NCBI GenBank assembly: GCA_001784175.1
Contig: MFPR01000020.1
Span: 62,001 to 126,000, forward strand
Length of the DNA: 64,000 nucleotides
DNA from: Candidatus Lindowbacteria bacterium RIFCSPLOWO2_12_FULL_62_27
GTDB taxonomy: Bacteria > Lindowbacteria > 2-12-FULL-62-27
Reading direction: 5' to 3'
This document shows positions 34,381 through 43,774 of the stretch, one piece after another; position 1 is the first letter of the stretch, and every line of letters begins with the position of its first letter. The position numbers were made by a program, and so were the translations under genes. Under the pieces are notes generated by a model. It saw only the letters and a list, made by a program, of their open reading frames with translations, had not been told where the DNA came from and ran no database searches.

Positions 34381-34841
34381 ATTTTGATGAAGCGCGCCGC
34401 GGCACGGCGCCGCCGGCGGAGGCGTGCGGCCATGCCGGGCGAAACGAGTTCGGGCCGGTCGCGGGAGGCGGCGACCATGCACAGAAAACCGAACGGTTCG
34501 CGGCCGACCTGGTGGAACTGGTGGACGGCGTTTCGTCCAATGTAGACGGCGTCGAACGGTTTCAGGTCGTGCACTTTATTTTTTAGAAACATTTTCCCGC
34601 GCCCGCGGATGATGACAACAGCGTGCCGGTGGGCGTGCCGCTCGAGGCTCGAGTAGCCACCGTTGCGGATCTCGAAATAGCGCACCTGAAACGGCAGGTC
34701 CGGCTCGCGGTTGCCCAGCACCACGCGCCGGATGATATTTTTAAATCCGGTGCCGGCCGGTTTGTAGATCAGCGTGGGAACTCCCTGCCAACGGAACCCT
34801 CGCCGGGCCCGGACAACCGAAACGCCGCGCGTCCTGGCCAC
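34377..34841 (-). CDS. Cupin protein resembling MTXu-5P methylsulfurylase-type cupins
   Basis: FRWQGV..YK, RYFEI..GGYSSLERH.H.H, HQF, GFLCMV...RDRP. Confidence 0.8.
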   Translation of the reverse strand: MARTRGVSVVRARRGFRWQGVPTLIYKPAGTGFKNIIRRVVLGNREPDLPFQVRYFEIRNGGYSSLERHAHRHAVVIIRGRGKMFLKNKVHDLKPFDAVYIGRNAVHQFHQVGREPFGFLCMVAASRDRPELVSPGMAARLRRRRRAAARFIKI

Positions 34842-34843
34842 GG

Positions 34844-36025
34844 TCAGGCCGCTTGGTTGGCTTCTAGAAATTCGCGGATGATCGGCGCCATCCGGTTGGC
34901 CTCCAGGAAACAGGCGTCGTGACCGTAGGTCGTCTGAATCGTTTCGTGCCGGACTTCCCTGCCGGCGGATTTCAGCGCTTCAGCAAGTTCGACCGACCGT
35001 TCGACCGGATAGAGCCAGTCGGAGGTATAGGACAGGATCAGGAACTTGGAGGGGCATTTTTTGAATCGGGCGGCGAGATGCGCCTTCAGGCTCCCGCCGT
35101 TTCTGAGTCCGTTCGCGAGATCAAAGTAATCGATGGCCTTCGTGATATACAGATAGCTGTTGGGGTCGAAACGCTTGACGAAGATGTCGGCCTGGTGCTG
35201 AAGGTATGTTTCGACCTGGAATTCCGGCACGAAATCAAACGCGAGCCGGTCGCCGTTCATGAGGCGCCGGCCGAACTTGTCCCACATCGTCCGGCCGCTC
35301 AAGTAGGAAATGTGGCCGATCATGCGCGCCACGCCCAAGCCCCGGACCGGCCGGGCCGTGCGGCCGTAGTAGTCGCCGCCGTTCCAGTCGGGGTCGGCCA
35401 TGATCGCGCGCCGGCCGACTTCCTGCAGCGCGATATTCTTGGGGGACTGCCGGGCCGCGGCCGCAATGGGGATCACGCACCGGACGGACGAGGGATACTC
35501 GACCGCCCACTGGAGCGCCATCATGCCGCCCATGGACCCGCCGGTGACGGCGAGAAGCTGGCGAATTCCGAGATGGTCCGTCAGCGTCTTCTGCGCACGG
35601 ATCATGTCCCGGAGTGTCACGATGGGAAAAGCGGATCCGTAAGGCCGGCCGGTCCGGGGATTGATCGAACCTGGCCCGGTGGTGCCGCGGCAGCCGCCGA
35701 GAACGTTCGCGCAGATGACGAAGAGCCGGCCGGTGTCGAACGCTTTGCCGGGGCCGATCATGTTGTCCCACCAGCCGGGTTTCGGATCGTCCGGCCGGCA
35801 TCGGCCGGCGGCATGGTGGTCACCGGACAGGGCATGGAACACGAGAACGGCGTTGGACCGCCGGCGGTTCAGGCGGCCGTACGTCTCGTAGACTTGCGTG
35901 ATCGGTCCGAGTTTCCGGCCGCAGTCGAGTTTGAGTTCATGGGGAGGGGTGAAACCGGTCAACGAGCGGGGTTTGATGACCCCCACCGACCCGTCCGCCC
36001 CCGGCGCCATTTCCTGATCCTGCAT
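34844..36025 (-). CDS. metX: Homoserine O-acetyltransferase
   Basis: HALSGD, GWWDNMIGPG, GGCRGTTGP, GGSMGG nucleophile, GHDACF. Confidence 0.95.
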   Translation of the reverse strand: MQDQEMAPGADGSVGVIKPRSLTGFTPPHELKLDCGRKLGPITQVYETYGRLNRRRSNAVLVFHALSGDHHAAGRCRPDDPKPGWWDNMIGPGKAFDTGRLFVICANVLGGCRGTTGPGSINPRTGRPYGSAFPIVTLRDMIRAQKTLTDHLGIRQLLAVTGGSMGGMMALQWAVEYPSSVRCVIPIAAAARQSPKNIALQEVGRRAIMADPDWNGGDYYGRTARPVRGLGVARMIGHISYLSGRTMWDKFGRRLMNGDRLAFDFVPEFQVETYLQHQADIFVKRFDPNSYLYITKAIDYFDLANGLRNGGSLKAHLAARFKKCPSKFLILSYTSDWLYPVERSVELAEALKSAGREVRHETIQTTYGHDACFLEANRMAPIIREFLEANQAA

Positions 36026-36032
36026 AGGGCTG

Positions 36033-36061
36033 AAAATAACCTCGCGGGCCGTCAGCGTCAA
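36033..36061 (-). promoter_or_regulatory. Sigma70 promoter giving a leaderless metX transcript
   Basis: TTGACG-17 bp-TATTTT ending 7 nt before the ATG; no SD. Confidence 0.65.
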
Positions 36062-36095
36062 GGAGACGGCCGCCACGGCCGCCTCGCGCTTTCAA

Positions 36096-37331
36096 CTACG
36101 AAAACAGATAACTTTCCCCCCACAGGAGAATCTGGTACGGCACGGTGCATTTCTGGAACTGACTGAGGGCGTCCCGGAGGGAGGCGCGGCCGCCCAGCGG
36201 ATAATGCGCAAGCTCGCTGAGGTGTCCCGGAATGATGAGGCCGGCGTCGCCGTACCGGAAAAGGATTTCCAGGACTTTTTCGTTCGGATACTTGGGTGTG
36301 ACGCCGTCGAATTTTGGGATCAGGATGTCCGGCGGCTCCTGCCAGTCGAGGGATTCGGCGTAGTCGTGGTCGCCGGTGTGAAAGATGCGGACGCCCGTGT
36401 CGGTGACGATTTCGTACGTGAAACAGGGGACGTTGCGGCCATTGTCGTAGACGTGAACGCCGGGCCGGGCCATGACGTCGACACCCCGGAGGCTCCGGCG
36501 CTCCCACGCGTCGATGCCGGTCACGCGGGCGGAGAAGTGCGGCCGGAGGACGGAAGGGACGATCACGGGCTTCTGGTGCGCGGTCATCCGCGCGATGATT
36601 TCGTGATCCGCATGGTCGCTGTGGTTGTGGGTCACGAGGAGCATCCCCAGCGCGCGGGCCAGCCGCTCCGGGATTTCGTCGGGAATCTCCCAGGCGAGGT
36701 TCCAGATATGGCGGGTGGTGACCACATCGACACCAAAACAAATTTTTGGCGTTTTGAAGACATAGCCATGATTATAGATGTACCAGACCCGGACGCCGTT
36801 CCGGACCTCCGTGCGCTCAATCTCATCCAGCGCGTGGAACAGCCGCTGGACGAGAAACCCGCGGACCGTCGAGCTGCGATTGACATGGGGTTGGAGGAGA
36901 TAGTCATCGAGGAACATCGTACAGAGGTCGCGGACCCAGGGATTGCCGGTTCCGGGCGGATGCTGGATCAGGGAGTCGTGAATGCCGTTCAACTGGGCCG
37001 AGACGCCGGGTATGTCGGCCCACGTGTCGAAAAACGAGGCCGGGCCGTGTTTGTTTTGCGTCCGGTTGAAATTCAACGGGTCGTCATAAAACCTCTCGCC
37101 GTCCAATTGAAACCGGTAGAGGTGGCGCGCCGGCGCCGGCACTTGGACCGGGTCGGAGATCCACCAGCCGTCGTGAATCCGCCGGAGCGGATGGGCGTCC
37201 TTTTTCCAGCCATTGAATGATCCCACCGCCGATACCTGGAGGGCGTCCGGGATGTGCACAAAGAACACGACGGTGTTGTCGCAGACATAGGGCGAGGTTT
37301 CGAGTTCGGCAAGTTTCCGATGATTTAACAT
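36096..37331 (-). CDS. CBM48/AMPK-type glycogen-binding domain fused to an MBL-fold metallohydrolase
   Basis: N-terminal VSAVGSFNGW...YRFQLDG...DPLN; C-terminal THNHSDH, FHTGD, IPGH. Confidence 0.8.
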   Translation of the reverse strand: MLNHRKLAELETSPYVCDNTVVFFVHIPDALQVSAVGSFNGWKKDAHPLRRIHDGWWISDPVQVPAPARHLYRFQLDGERFYDDPLNFNRTQNKHGPASFFDTWADIPGVSAQLNGIHDSLIQHPPGTGNPWVRDLCTMFLDDYLLQPHVNRSSTVRGFLVQRLFHALDEIERTEVRNGVRVWYIYNHGYVFKTPKICFGVDVVTTRHIWNLAWEIPDEIPERLARALGMLLVTHNHSDHADHEIIARMTAHQKPVIVPSVLRPHFSARVTGIDAWERRSLRGVDVMARPGVHVYDNGRNVPCFTYEIVTDTGVRIFHTGDHDYAESLDWQEPPDILIPKFDGVTPKYPNEKVLEILFRYGDAGLIIPGHLSELAHYPLGGRASLRDALSQFQKCTVPYQILLWGESYLFS

Positions 37332-37335
37332 GGAT

Positions 37336-38457
37336 TTAAAACGGGACGCGCGCGACCGCCAGCGTACAGCGGGTTCCCTTGACTTTGGGCACGAGCAACT
37401 GGGCTTTCCCCGCCGGCGAGCTTTCTGATGGAGCGGAGGATTCGGCGGCCAGAAGCGCGGCCGGCTCGGAGACGCCGACGACCTTCAAATATTTTTCCGC
37501 ATAGGGCGACGGCGTGACGACGCGGTCTTTGAGGCCGTTGAGAAGGTCGCGGGTGAATGATTCGAACTCGTATCCGTGCTTGTTCACGAACGCCACCAGT
37601 CCCGGCTCGTTTTGTTTCAAGTCCACCGTTGCCACTTTCCGAACGCACCGGGCCGACAGGCCGTGGGATTGGAGCGTCGGAAAAACGAGGGCCTCCAGGT
37701 CCTCCACCGTGACGCCCGAATCGCAGCCCATGCCAAGACACAGAGACCTGGGACGATAGACGACGGTGCGGTCCGCGAGGCGCCCCAGATCCGCCCGAAC
37801 GCTGAGCCGGTCGGTCACGAGAAGGACGGCTGAAAACGGGGGCCGGCCGTTTTCAAAAATCGACGCGATCCGGTCGAACAGAGAAACGGTTGGGGGAACC
37901 GGCGTTGGCCGTGTCCACCAGTTTTTTTCCCCCGTTTCCTGAACGAAGGCCACGGGCTCCTCGTTCACGACCGCGGCGCTGACGGCCGTCACGGGTGAAA
38001 AATCCTCGATCGTCCAGCCGAGCTTGCGGCCGACGAGGTCGACCGGCACGGTCTTGCCGACGTCGGATGCGGTGGTGACGATGGGCGCGGCGCCGATTTT
38101 TGCGGCAAGGAGTTCCGCCATCTCGTTGGCGCCGCCGAGGTGCCCGGAGAGGACGCTGATGACATATTTGCCGGCGTCGTCCACCACCAGCACGGCGGGA
38201 TCCGTCTTCTTGTCCTTCAGAACCGGCGCGATGAGCCGGACGACGGCGCCGAGCGACACATAAAACACCAGCGTGATGTAGCCGTCGAAAATTTTCGCTA
38301 TGAGATCCTTCAGAGGCTCCTCATAATAAATCGCAACTCGGTCGTCCTTGAATTTGGGCGAGACGTAAAGGTCCGCGTCGGGGACTTGGGCGGCGAGCCG
38401 CCGCGCGTTTTCCGCGCCGTGTTTGGTGATGGCAACGATGGCGATCGGCTTTTTCAT
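37336..38457 (-). CDS. cbiG: Cobalt-precorrin-5A hydrolase
   Basis: LGAVVRLIAP..DKKTDPAV, LSGHLGGAN, VTTASD, GMGC, GVSEPAAL. Confidence 0.95.
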   Translation of the reverse strand: MKKPIAIVAITKHGAENARRLAAQVPDADLYVSPKFKDDRVAIYYEEPLKDLIAKIFDGYITLVFYVSLGAVVRLIAPVLKDKKTDPAVLVVDDAGKYVISVLSGHLGGANEMAELLAAKIGAAPIVTTASDVGKTVPVDLVGRKLGWTIEDFSPVTAVSAAVVNEEPVAFVQETGEKNWWTRPTPVPPTVSLFDRIASIFENGRPPFSAVLLVTDRLSVRADLGRLADRTVVYRPRSLCLGMGCDSGVTVEDLEALVFPTLQSHGLSARCVRKVATVDLKQNEPGLVAFVNKHGYEFESFTRDLLNGLKDRVVTPSPYAEKYLKVVGVSEPAALLAAESSAPSESSPAGKAQLLVPKVKGTRCTLAVARVPF

Positions 38458-39692
38458 CCGGCCTTCCATGCGGTCACGATGACAACGGGGTTCAGGGCCT
38501 CAAAGCGGGTCATGTCGAGAATGGGCGCGCCCCGGCTGATCTGGACCTGCATGAGTTCATGCTGGAGTCCGAGTTTCCGGATCGACTCGATCGTTTCGGC
38601 GAGATTTTCGACGGTCGCAAGATTTAGAACAATGCGCCCGTCCGGTTTCAAGCGCCGTGAGACGGCTTCCAGAATGTCATACATGCGGCCGGCGCTGCCG
38701 CCGATGAAAACGGCGTCCGGGTCGGCCGGAATCTCGTCGAGCGCCTCCGGGGCGCGTCCGAGGATGGGCGTGACGTTGGCGGTGTGAAACCGGGCGATGT
38801 TTTCACGAACATTTTCGATATCTTCCTCATTTTTTTCGATCGCGTAAATTCTGCCGAGCGCCGCAATCCGCGCGGATTCGATCGACACGCTGCCCGACCC
38901 GGCGCCGATGTCCCAGACGACGGCGTCGGGGGAAAGGCGGAGCTTGGCGATGGAGAGAATCCGGATTTCGGATTTCGTGATCAGGCCCAGCTTGGGTTTG
39001 CGGTGCGCAAATTGCTCCTCGGGCAGGCCCAGATCGAGACGCGATTTTGGTCCTCGGGGCTGTTTTCGGACAAGGAGGACGGTATTGAGAGGATCAAACA
39101 TCTGTCCGTTGAGTTCGGCGAGCGAAAACCGTCGCACGGTCTGGGTTTCGTTTCCCAGCCGTTCACAGACGATGGCGTCAAAATCGCATATCCCGTGTTG
39201 TGCCAGTAATCCTGCGATTTTCCCGGGCGTGGCGCCGTCCTCGGTAAAAACGCCGATGACGTCCGCCTCGCGCGCCGGCGGCAGAATCCGTTCGAGGGGT
39301 TTGGCGTGCACCGACACCAGCGAGGCCTCGTCCCACGACAGGCCGGCCGCGGCAAAGGCGAGCTGCATGGCGGAAACGGCGGGGAGAACAGCGACTCGGT
39401 CCGCCGAAAATCTTTTTGCGAGGTACCCGCCGACGCCGTAAAAGAGCGGATCGCCGGAGGCGAGGACGACCATCCGTTCCTGCCGTCCAAGTCCCTCCTC
39501 GAGGCGCTGCGCGAGTTCTTTGAGGTTGGATTTCACAACGAGTTTTATCGCCGGATGATTCGGAAAAAAGGCGAGGTGCCGTTCTCCTCCGGCCAGAAAC
39601 TGCGCCGCCTCGATCCGATCCAGCGTTTTTTGAGGAAGACCCGCCGGGCCGTCGTCCCCAAGTCCGATGACGTAAATCTTATTCCAGTCCAT
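38454..39692 (-). CDS. cbiET: Bifunctional precorrin-6Y C5,15-methyltransferase (CbiE-CbiT fusion)
   Basis: LASGDPLFYGVG, SVH, ITKSEIR, WDIGAGSGSVSIE, FIGGS. Confidence 0.93.
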   Translation of the reverse strand: MDWNKIYVIGLGDDGPAGLPQKTLDRIEAAQFLAGGERHLAFFPNHPAIKLVVKSNLKELAQRLEEGLGRQERMVVLASGDPLFYGVGGYLAKRFSADRVAVLPAVSAMQLAFAAAGLSWDEASLVSVHAKPLERILPPAREADVIGVFTEDGATPGKIAGLLAQHGICDFDAIVCERLGNETQTVRRFSLAELNGQMFDPLNTVLLVRKQPRGPKSRLDLGLPEEQFAHRKPKLGLITKSEIRILSIAKLRLSPDAVVWDIGAGSGSVSIESARIAALGRIYAIEKNEEDIENVRENIARFHTANVTPILGRAPEALDEIPADPDAVFIGGSAGRMYDILEAVSRRLKPDGRIVLNLATVENLAETIESIRKLGLQHELMQVQISRGAPILDMTRFEALNPVVIVTAWKAG

Positions 39693-40791
39693 ACGATCCC
39701 AACTTTTTTCCTTCAAAATCGGTCAGAAGGCAAGCCACGCGGGCCTCGTGGTTGATGTGCTTCCCGCAATTTCCGACGACCCGCTCGCATATCTTGTCGA
39801 AAAATCCCGGCAGACCGTTTTTTTCAACAATCTCATAGACATGCCGGGCCGTGTTGGCCTGCGATATTTCGTCGACCGTCGGCTGGGGCGCTCCGCACGA
39901 TTTGGCGATTTTGGCGAGCATGCCAAGGTCGACCTCCGAGCCGGAGGCGTGGGTCATCATGCGGCCCTGCGCGATTTTCGATATTTTGCCCGGCATCCCG
40001 CAAATCCGGATCTCCCGCACGCCGCGCTGGACGGCGGCCTTGAGGGAAAATCCGACGAAGTCGCCCATCTGAACGAACGCCTCTTCGCGCAGGCTCGAAA
40101 ACGCCTGCTGGGCGAACCGCTCGCTCTTGCCGCCGGTGGTCAGAACGACGACGGACGATCCGGCCGTGACCGCGACGTCGATTGCCTGCTCGATGCTGGC
40201 CTTGTAGGCGGCGGTGGAAAACGGTTTGACGATTCCCGTTGTTCCGAGGATCGAGATGCCGCCGAGGATGCCCAATCGCGCGTTGAGCGTTTTCTTCGCC
40301 ATCTCCTCTCCGCCGGGAACGGAAATCACGACCCGAAAGCCCTTTGGCGCCACGATGCTCGCCGCCGTCCGGCGCGCCTCTTCAATGGCCTGCGCGATCA
40401 TCTGCCGCGGGACCGGATTAATGGCCGGCGCGCCCACGTCGAGGCCGAGCCCGGGTTTGGTGACGCGGCCGACCCCGGCGCCGCCCTCGATCAAAATCCC
40501 GGCCGACTCATTCCGGTTCACGGTCGAGATGATGTGTGCGAGGTGGGTGCAATCGGGATCGTCGCCGGCGTCTTTCACGACTTCGGCCTCCGCCGATCCT
40601 CCGCGCACGTCACACCGGACAACGGCGAACGTCACTTTTTTTCCGATGGGCAGCGTGATTTCGACGCTCGACACCGGTTTCCCCGCGAGCATCGCGAGCG
40701 TTGCGGCCTTTGTGGCGGCGGCGGCGCAGGCGCCGGTGGTGAACCCGGTCCTCAGAGATTTTTTGTCGGCCGGGGGCTTTTCAACGTCCAT
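39679..40791 (-). CDS. cbiD: Cobalt-precorrin-5B C1-methyltransferase
   Basis: LRTGFTTGACAAAA, KDAGDDPDCTH, AINPVP, GGISILGTTGIV. Confidence 0.96.
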   Translation of the reverse strand: MDVEKPPADKKSLRTGFTTGACAAAATKAATLAMLAGKPVSSVEITLPIGKKVTFAVVRCDVRGGSAEAEVVKDAGDDPDCTHLAHIISTVNRNESAGILIEGGAGVGRVTKPGLGLDVGAPAINPVPRQMIAQAIEEARRTAASIVAPKGFRVVISVPGGEEMAKKTLNARLGILGGISILGTTGIVKPFSTAAYKASIEQAIDVAVTAGSSVVVLTTGGKSERFAQQAFSSLREEAFVQMGDFVGFSLKAAVQRGVREIRICGMPGKISKIAQGRMMTHASGSEVDLGMLAKIAKSCGAPQPTVDEISQANTARHVYEIVEKNGLPGFFDKICERVVGNCGKHINHEARVACLLTDFEGKKLGSYGLE

Positions 40792-40815
40792 GAATCGGAA
40801 CTTGCGACCGAAGGG

Positions 40816-41454
40816 TCAGGCCGATTTGGCGAGAGCGAGCAGCGCGTTGAGGGCGGCGACCGCGACCGGCGTTCCGCCCTTCCGGCCACGGGCGGCGATA
40901 TGGGGGTATCCGGACGCGATCAGCGCGTCTTTGGATTCGACGGCGGAGACGAATCCGACCGGAACGCCGACGATCAGCGCGGGCGCCATCTGCTTTTCCT
41001 CGACCAGCCGGATGGCCTCGAAGAGCGCCGTGGGCGCGTTGCCGATCGCGTAGATCGCGTCGGGCGCCGCGCGTGCGGCCTTTCGCATGGATGCGATGGC
41101 GCGCGTGATTCCCTCGCGCTTGGCCTCCTCCACGACGTCCGGGTCCGTTATGAACGACAGTACCCGGCCGTTTCCGAATGACGCGAGGGCCGGTTTGGAC
41201 ACGCCCGCCTGGATCATGGCGACGTCGACCACGAGGTCGCACCCGCGCCGGATCGCCTGCATCGCGCGGGCGATCGCGTCCGGGTGAAAGACGAGATTGC
41301 GGGCGAACTCAAAATCGGCCGTGGCGTGGATCACGCGGCGGATAATTTGGAACTCGTCGGGAGAAAAGCCATGAGGCCCGAGTTCCTCTTCAATGATCCG
41401 GAAACTTTCCGCTTCGATCGCCTCCGGCGCGCGAAGTTTCGGTTGAACGCTCAT
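40816..41454 (-). CDS. cbiC: Precorrin-8X methylmutase
   Basis: IEAESF, RVIHATAD, IGNAPTAL, PVGFV, GRKGGT. Confidence 0.95.
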   Translation of the reverse strand: MSVQPKLRAPEAIEAESFRIIEEELGPHGFSPDEFQIIRRVIHATADFEFARNLVFHPDAIARAMQAIRRGCDLVVDVAMIQAGVSKPALASFGNGRVLSFITDPDVVEEAKREGITRAIASMRKAARAAPDAIYAIGNAPTALFEAIRLVEEKQMAPALIVGVPVGFVSAVESKDALIASGYPHIAARGRKGGTPVAVAALNALLALAKSA

Positions 41455-42854
41455 CGACGCCTTTTTACCATGCGCGCGGAGCCCCACTCAACCAGCCGGC
41501 GGAAAAATTCTGAATTGCCGTGCGGCGAAAGGTGCAGATAGGACGCAAAGACGGTGCCGGCCAGCCAGCCGGCGGCCTGGCGGTCGCGCGCGCCGATTTT
41601 TCGCGACTCATAGACAGGTCTCGCAGCTTTGCCGGGCTCATAGGTGGACCAGTGATATTCATGGCCGATGAGCACGAGGTTCTTTCGCAGAAATTCCGTG
41701 TTCCGCAATACACGCGCCTTCCAGTACCCCAGCGCCTGCCGCCGGGCATGCATGCGGCACCGTCCGGGCAGCGCGCCCGCCATCGGGTGGGAAACGCCGT
41801 CCGTTGTCTCAATCTCGCGGGACAGATACATGAGACCGCCGCATTCCGCGTAGACATGAGCGCCGTCCGCAATGCGCCGCCGGAGGTCCTCGCGGAACCG
41901 CTGGTTGCCGGAGAGCCGCGCGGCATATACTTCCGGAAACCCGCCTCCGAAATAGTACAGGTCCGCGTCGGGCGCTACCCGGTCTTTCAGCGGGGAAAAC
42001 TCAATCATCTGCGCGCAGCGGGCGCGGAAATAATCGAGAGTTTCGGGATAGTAAAAGGAGAAGGCTTCGTCCATGGCGATGGCGACGGTCAGGCTCCGCC
42101 GAACAGAATCGATGGCACGTGCGTGCGACGGCCGCGCGGATATTTTTTCAACCGGCGCCGCTCGCGCGGCATCGCGGAGAAGCCGGTTCAGATCGAAGGC
42201 GCCGGAGATCGCTTTTCCGCAGCGCGCATAGACGCCGTCCTGCGCGTGGAATTCGGCGGCCGGCACAAGACCCAGATGTCTGGACGGCATGGCGGGCAAC
42301 GCGTCCCGGAAAAGGCATCCCGCGACGCGGATGCCGGCCATCGACCGGACGCCCCTGGCCAGAAGTTCCGCGTGCCGGGGTGACCCGACGAAGTTCAGCG
42401 CAACGGCCGCGATCGGTACGTCGCGCAAGAGCGTGCGCGCACCAACGATCTCGGCCGAGATGCTCTGCGCGCAGGACCGTGTGTCGCATACCAGCAGGAC
42501 TGGCAGGCCGAACCGTCCGGCGATGTCGGCGGTGCTGCCGGTGGCCTTCCCGGGAATCGGCCCGTCAAACAGGCCCATGACGCCTTCGATGATCCGCGCG
42601 TCCACCGGCCCCGACCCATGAAACAGGTCGTTCATGCCCCGGGACGATTGCAGGATCGGGTCGAGATTCCTCGCGTAGACAGCGCCCGCGTTTTGGTAGT
42701 GGCTTGGATCGAGAAAATCCGGGCCGATTTTGTACGCCGCCACCTTCAGGCCGCGGTCGGTCAGCGCGCGGATCAGGCCGAGCGTGACGGTCGTCTTCCC
42801 GACGCCGCTTCTGAGACCCGCCACGACCAGCGCGGGAATTGGTTTTAGAGCCAC
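41451..42854 (-). CDS. cbiA: Cobyrinate a,c-diamide synthase
   Basis: SGVGKTT, KIGPDFLD, EGVMGLFDG, SRHLGLVP, ECGGLMYL, GHEYH; GTG start estimated. Confidence 0.93.
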   Translation of the reverse strand: MALKPIPALVVAGLRSGVGKTTVTLGLIRALTDRGLKVAAYKIGPDFLDPSHYQNAGAVYARNLDPILQSSRGMNDLFHGSGPVDARIIEGVMGLFDGPIPGKATGSTADIAGRFGLPVLLVCDTRSCAQSISAEIVGARTLLRDVPIAAVALNFVGSPRHAELLARGVRSMAGIRVAGCLFRDALPAMPSRHLGLVPAAEFHAQDGVYARCGKAISGAFDLNRLLRDAARAAPVEKISARPSHARAIDSVRRSLTVAIAMDEAFSFYYPETLDYFRARCAQMIEFSPLKDRVAPDADLYYFGGGFPEVYAARLSGNQRFREDLRRRIADGAHVYAECGGLMYLSREIETTDGVSHPMAGALPGRCRMHARRQALGYWKARVLRNTEFLRKNLVLIGHEYHWSTYEPGKAARPVYESRKIGARDRQAAGWLAGTVFASYLHLSPHGNSEFFRRLVEWGSARMVKRRR

Positions 42855-43774
42855 AGGATTCCGCACAGAAGCGCGGCGAACGTCAGAGACGCGCCGGTTA
42901 CCAGTCGCGCCGTCAGGAGGAGGTCGGCCGGAACCGGCGGGCGGAGTCCTCCGCCCAGGAACGGTTTTTCCGTTTCTTTTCCGAAATAATATGCGGGGCC
43001 GCCCAGCCGGAGGCCCAGCGCGCCGGCGGCGGCCGATTCGGGCCAGCCCGCGTTGGGGCTTGGATGCAGGCGCGCATATTCCCACATGCAGCGCCATCCG
43101 TCGCGGACCCGGCCGCGCGCAACCGGCGACCAGAGCGACAGGAGGACGGCCGTGAGCCGTGCCGGGATGAAATTCAGAATATCGTCCAGCCGGGCGGCGG
43201 CCCGGCCGAACCGCAGATACTTTTCGTTTTTGTAGCCGACCATCGAATCGAGCGTGTTGGCGATCCGATACAGCCACGCGCCGGCGGGCCCGAGGAGCGC
43301 CGCGTAGAAGATCGGTGCGGTGAACCCGTCGACGCTGTTTTCCGCCAGGCTTTCCACCGTCGCCCGTGTGAGGCCCTCGCGGTCGAGGCGGTCCACGTCC
43401 CGGCCGCACAACCGGGCGACGCCGGCGCGCGCGTCGTCCACACGCCCCGCCTCCAGCGCCGAACGCACGTCATGCCCGGTCCTGAGGAGAGAACCGAGCG
43501 CGATGGAAAAATAGACGATGACGGTTCCTGCCGCGAATTGCGCCGCCGGGGACGCGGCGATCAAAACGATCGCGACGACCGGAAACCCGCACAGCGCGAG
43601 GGCTAGAATCACGAGCGCGGCGCCGCCGACCCGTCCGTCCCATTTTAACCGGCGGAGCGCCGCCTCGATCCATTCGATCCCGCGTCCCGCCATCCGCACC
43701 GGATGCCATCGGACTTCGGGATCTCCGATGAGCAGGTCGAGGCCAACGGCGGCGATTAGAATCCACGCGGTCAT
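42845..43774 (-). CDS. cbiB: Adenosylcobinamide-phosphate synthase
   Basis: GDP..HPV, ESLAENSVDG, NTLDSMVGY, SPNAGWPE. Confidence 0.95.
   Translation of the reverse strand: MTAWILIAAVGLDLLIGDPEVRWHPVRMAGRGIEWIEAALRRLKWDGRVGGAALVILALALCGFPVVAIVLIAASPAAQFAAGTVIVYFSIALGSLLRTGHDVRSALEAGRVDDARAGVARLCGRDVDRLDREGLTRATVESLAENSVDGFTAPIFYAALLGPAGAWLYRIANTLDSMVGYKNEKYLRFGRAAARLDDILNFIPARLTAVLLSLWSPVARGRVRDGWRCMWEYARLHPSPNAGWPESAAAGALGLRLGGPAYYFGKETEKPFLGGGLRPPVPADLLLTARLVTGASLTFAALLCGILWL

Noticed and set aside
36026-36095. SAM riboswitch upstream of metX
   Set aside because: Only 70 bp, mostly occupied by a hairpin and a promoter abutting the start codon
37461-37477. ccggctcggagacgccg resembling the intragenic element in cbiG
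   Set aside because: Encodes the conserved CbiG GVSEPA motif; coincidental
41451-43409. Apparent 652-aa CbiA with a long N-terminal extension (similar extensions for cobQ, cobD, flgL, comF)
   Set aside because: ORF-caller artefact: the extensions overlap upstream genes in another frame; true starts lie at stop/start overlaps
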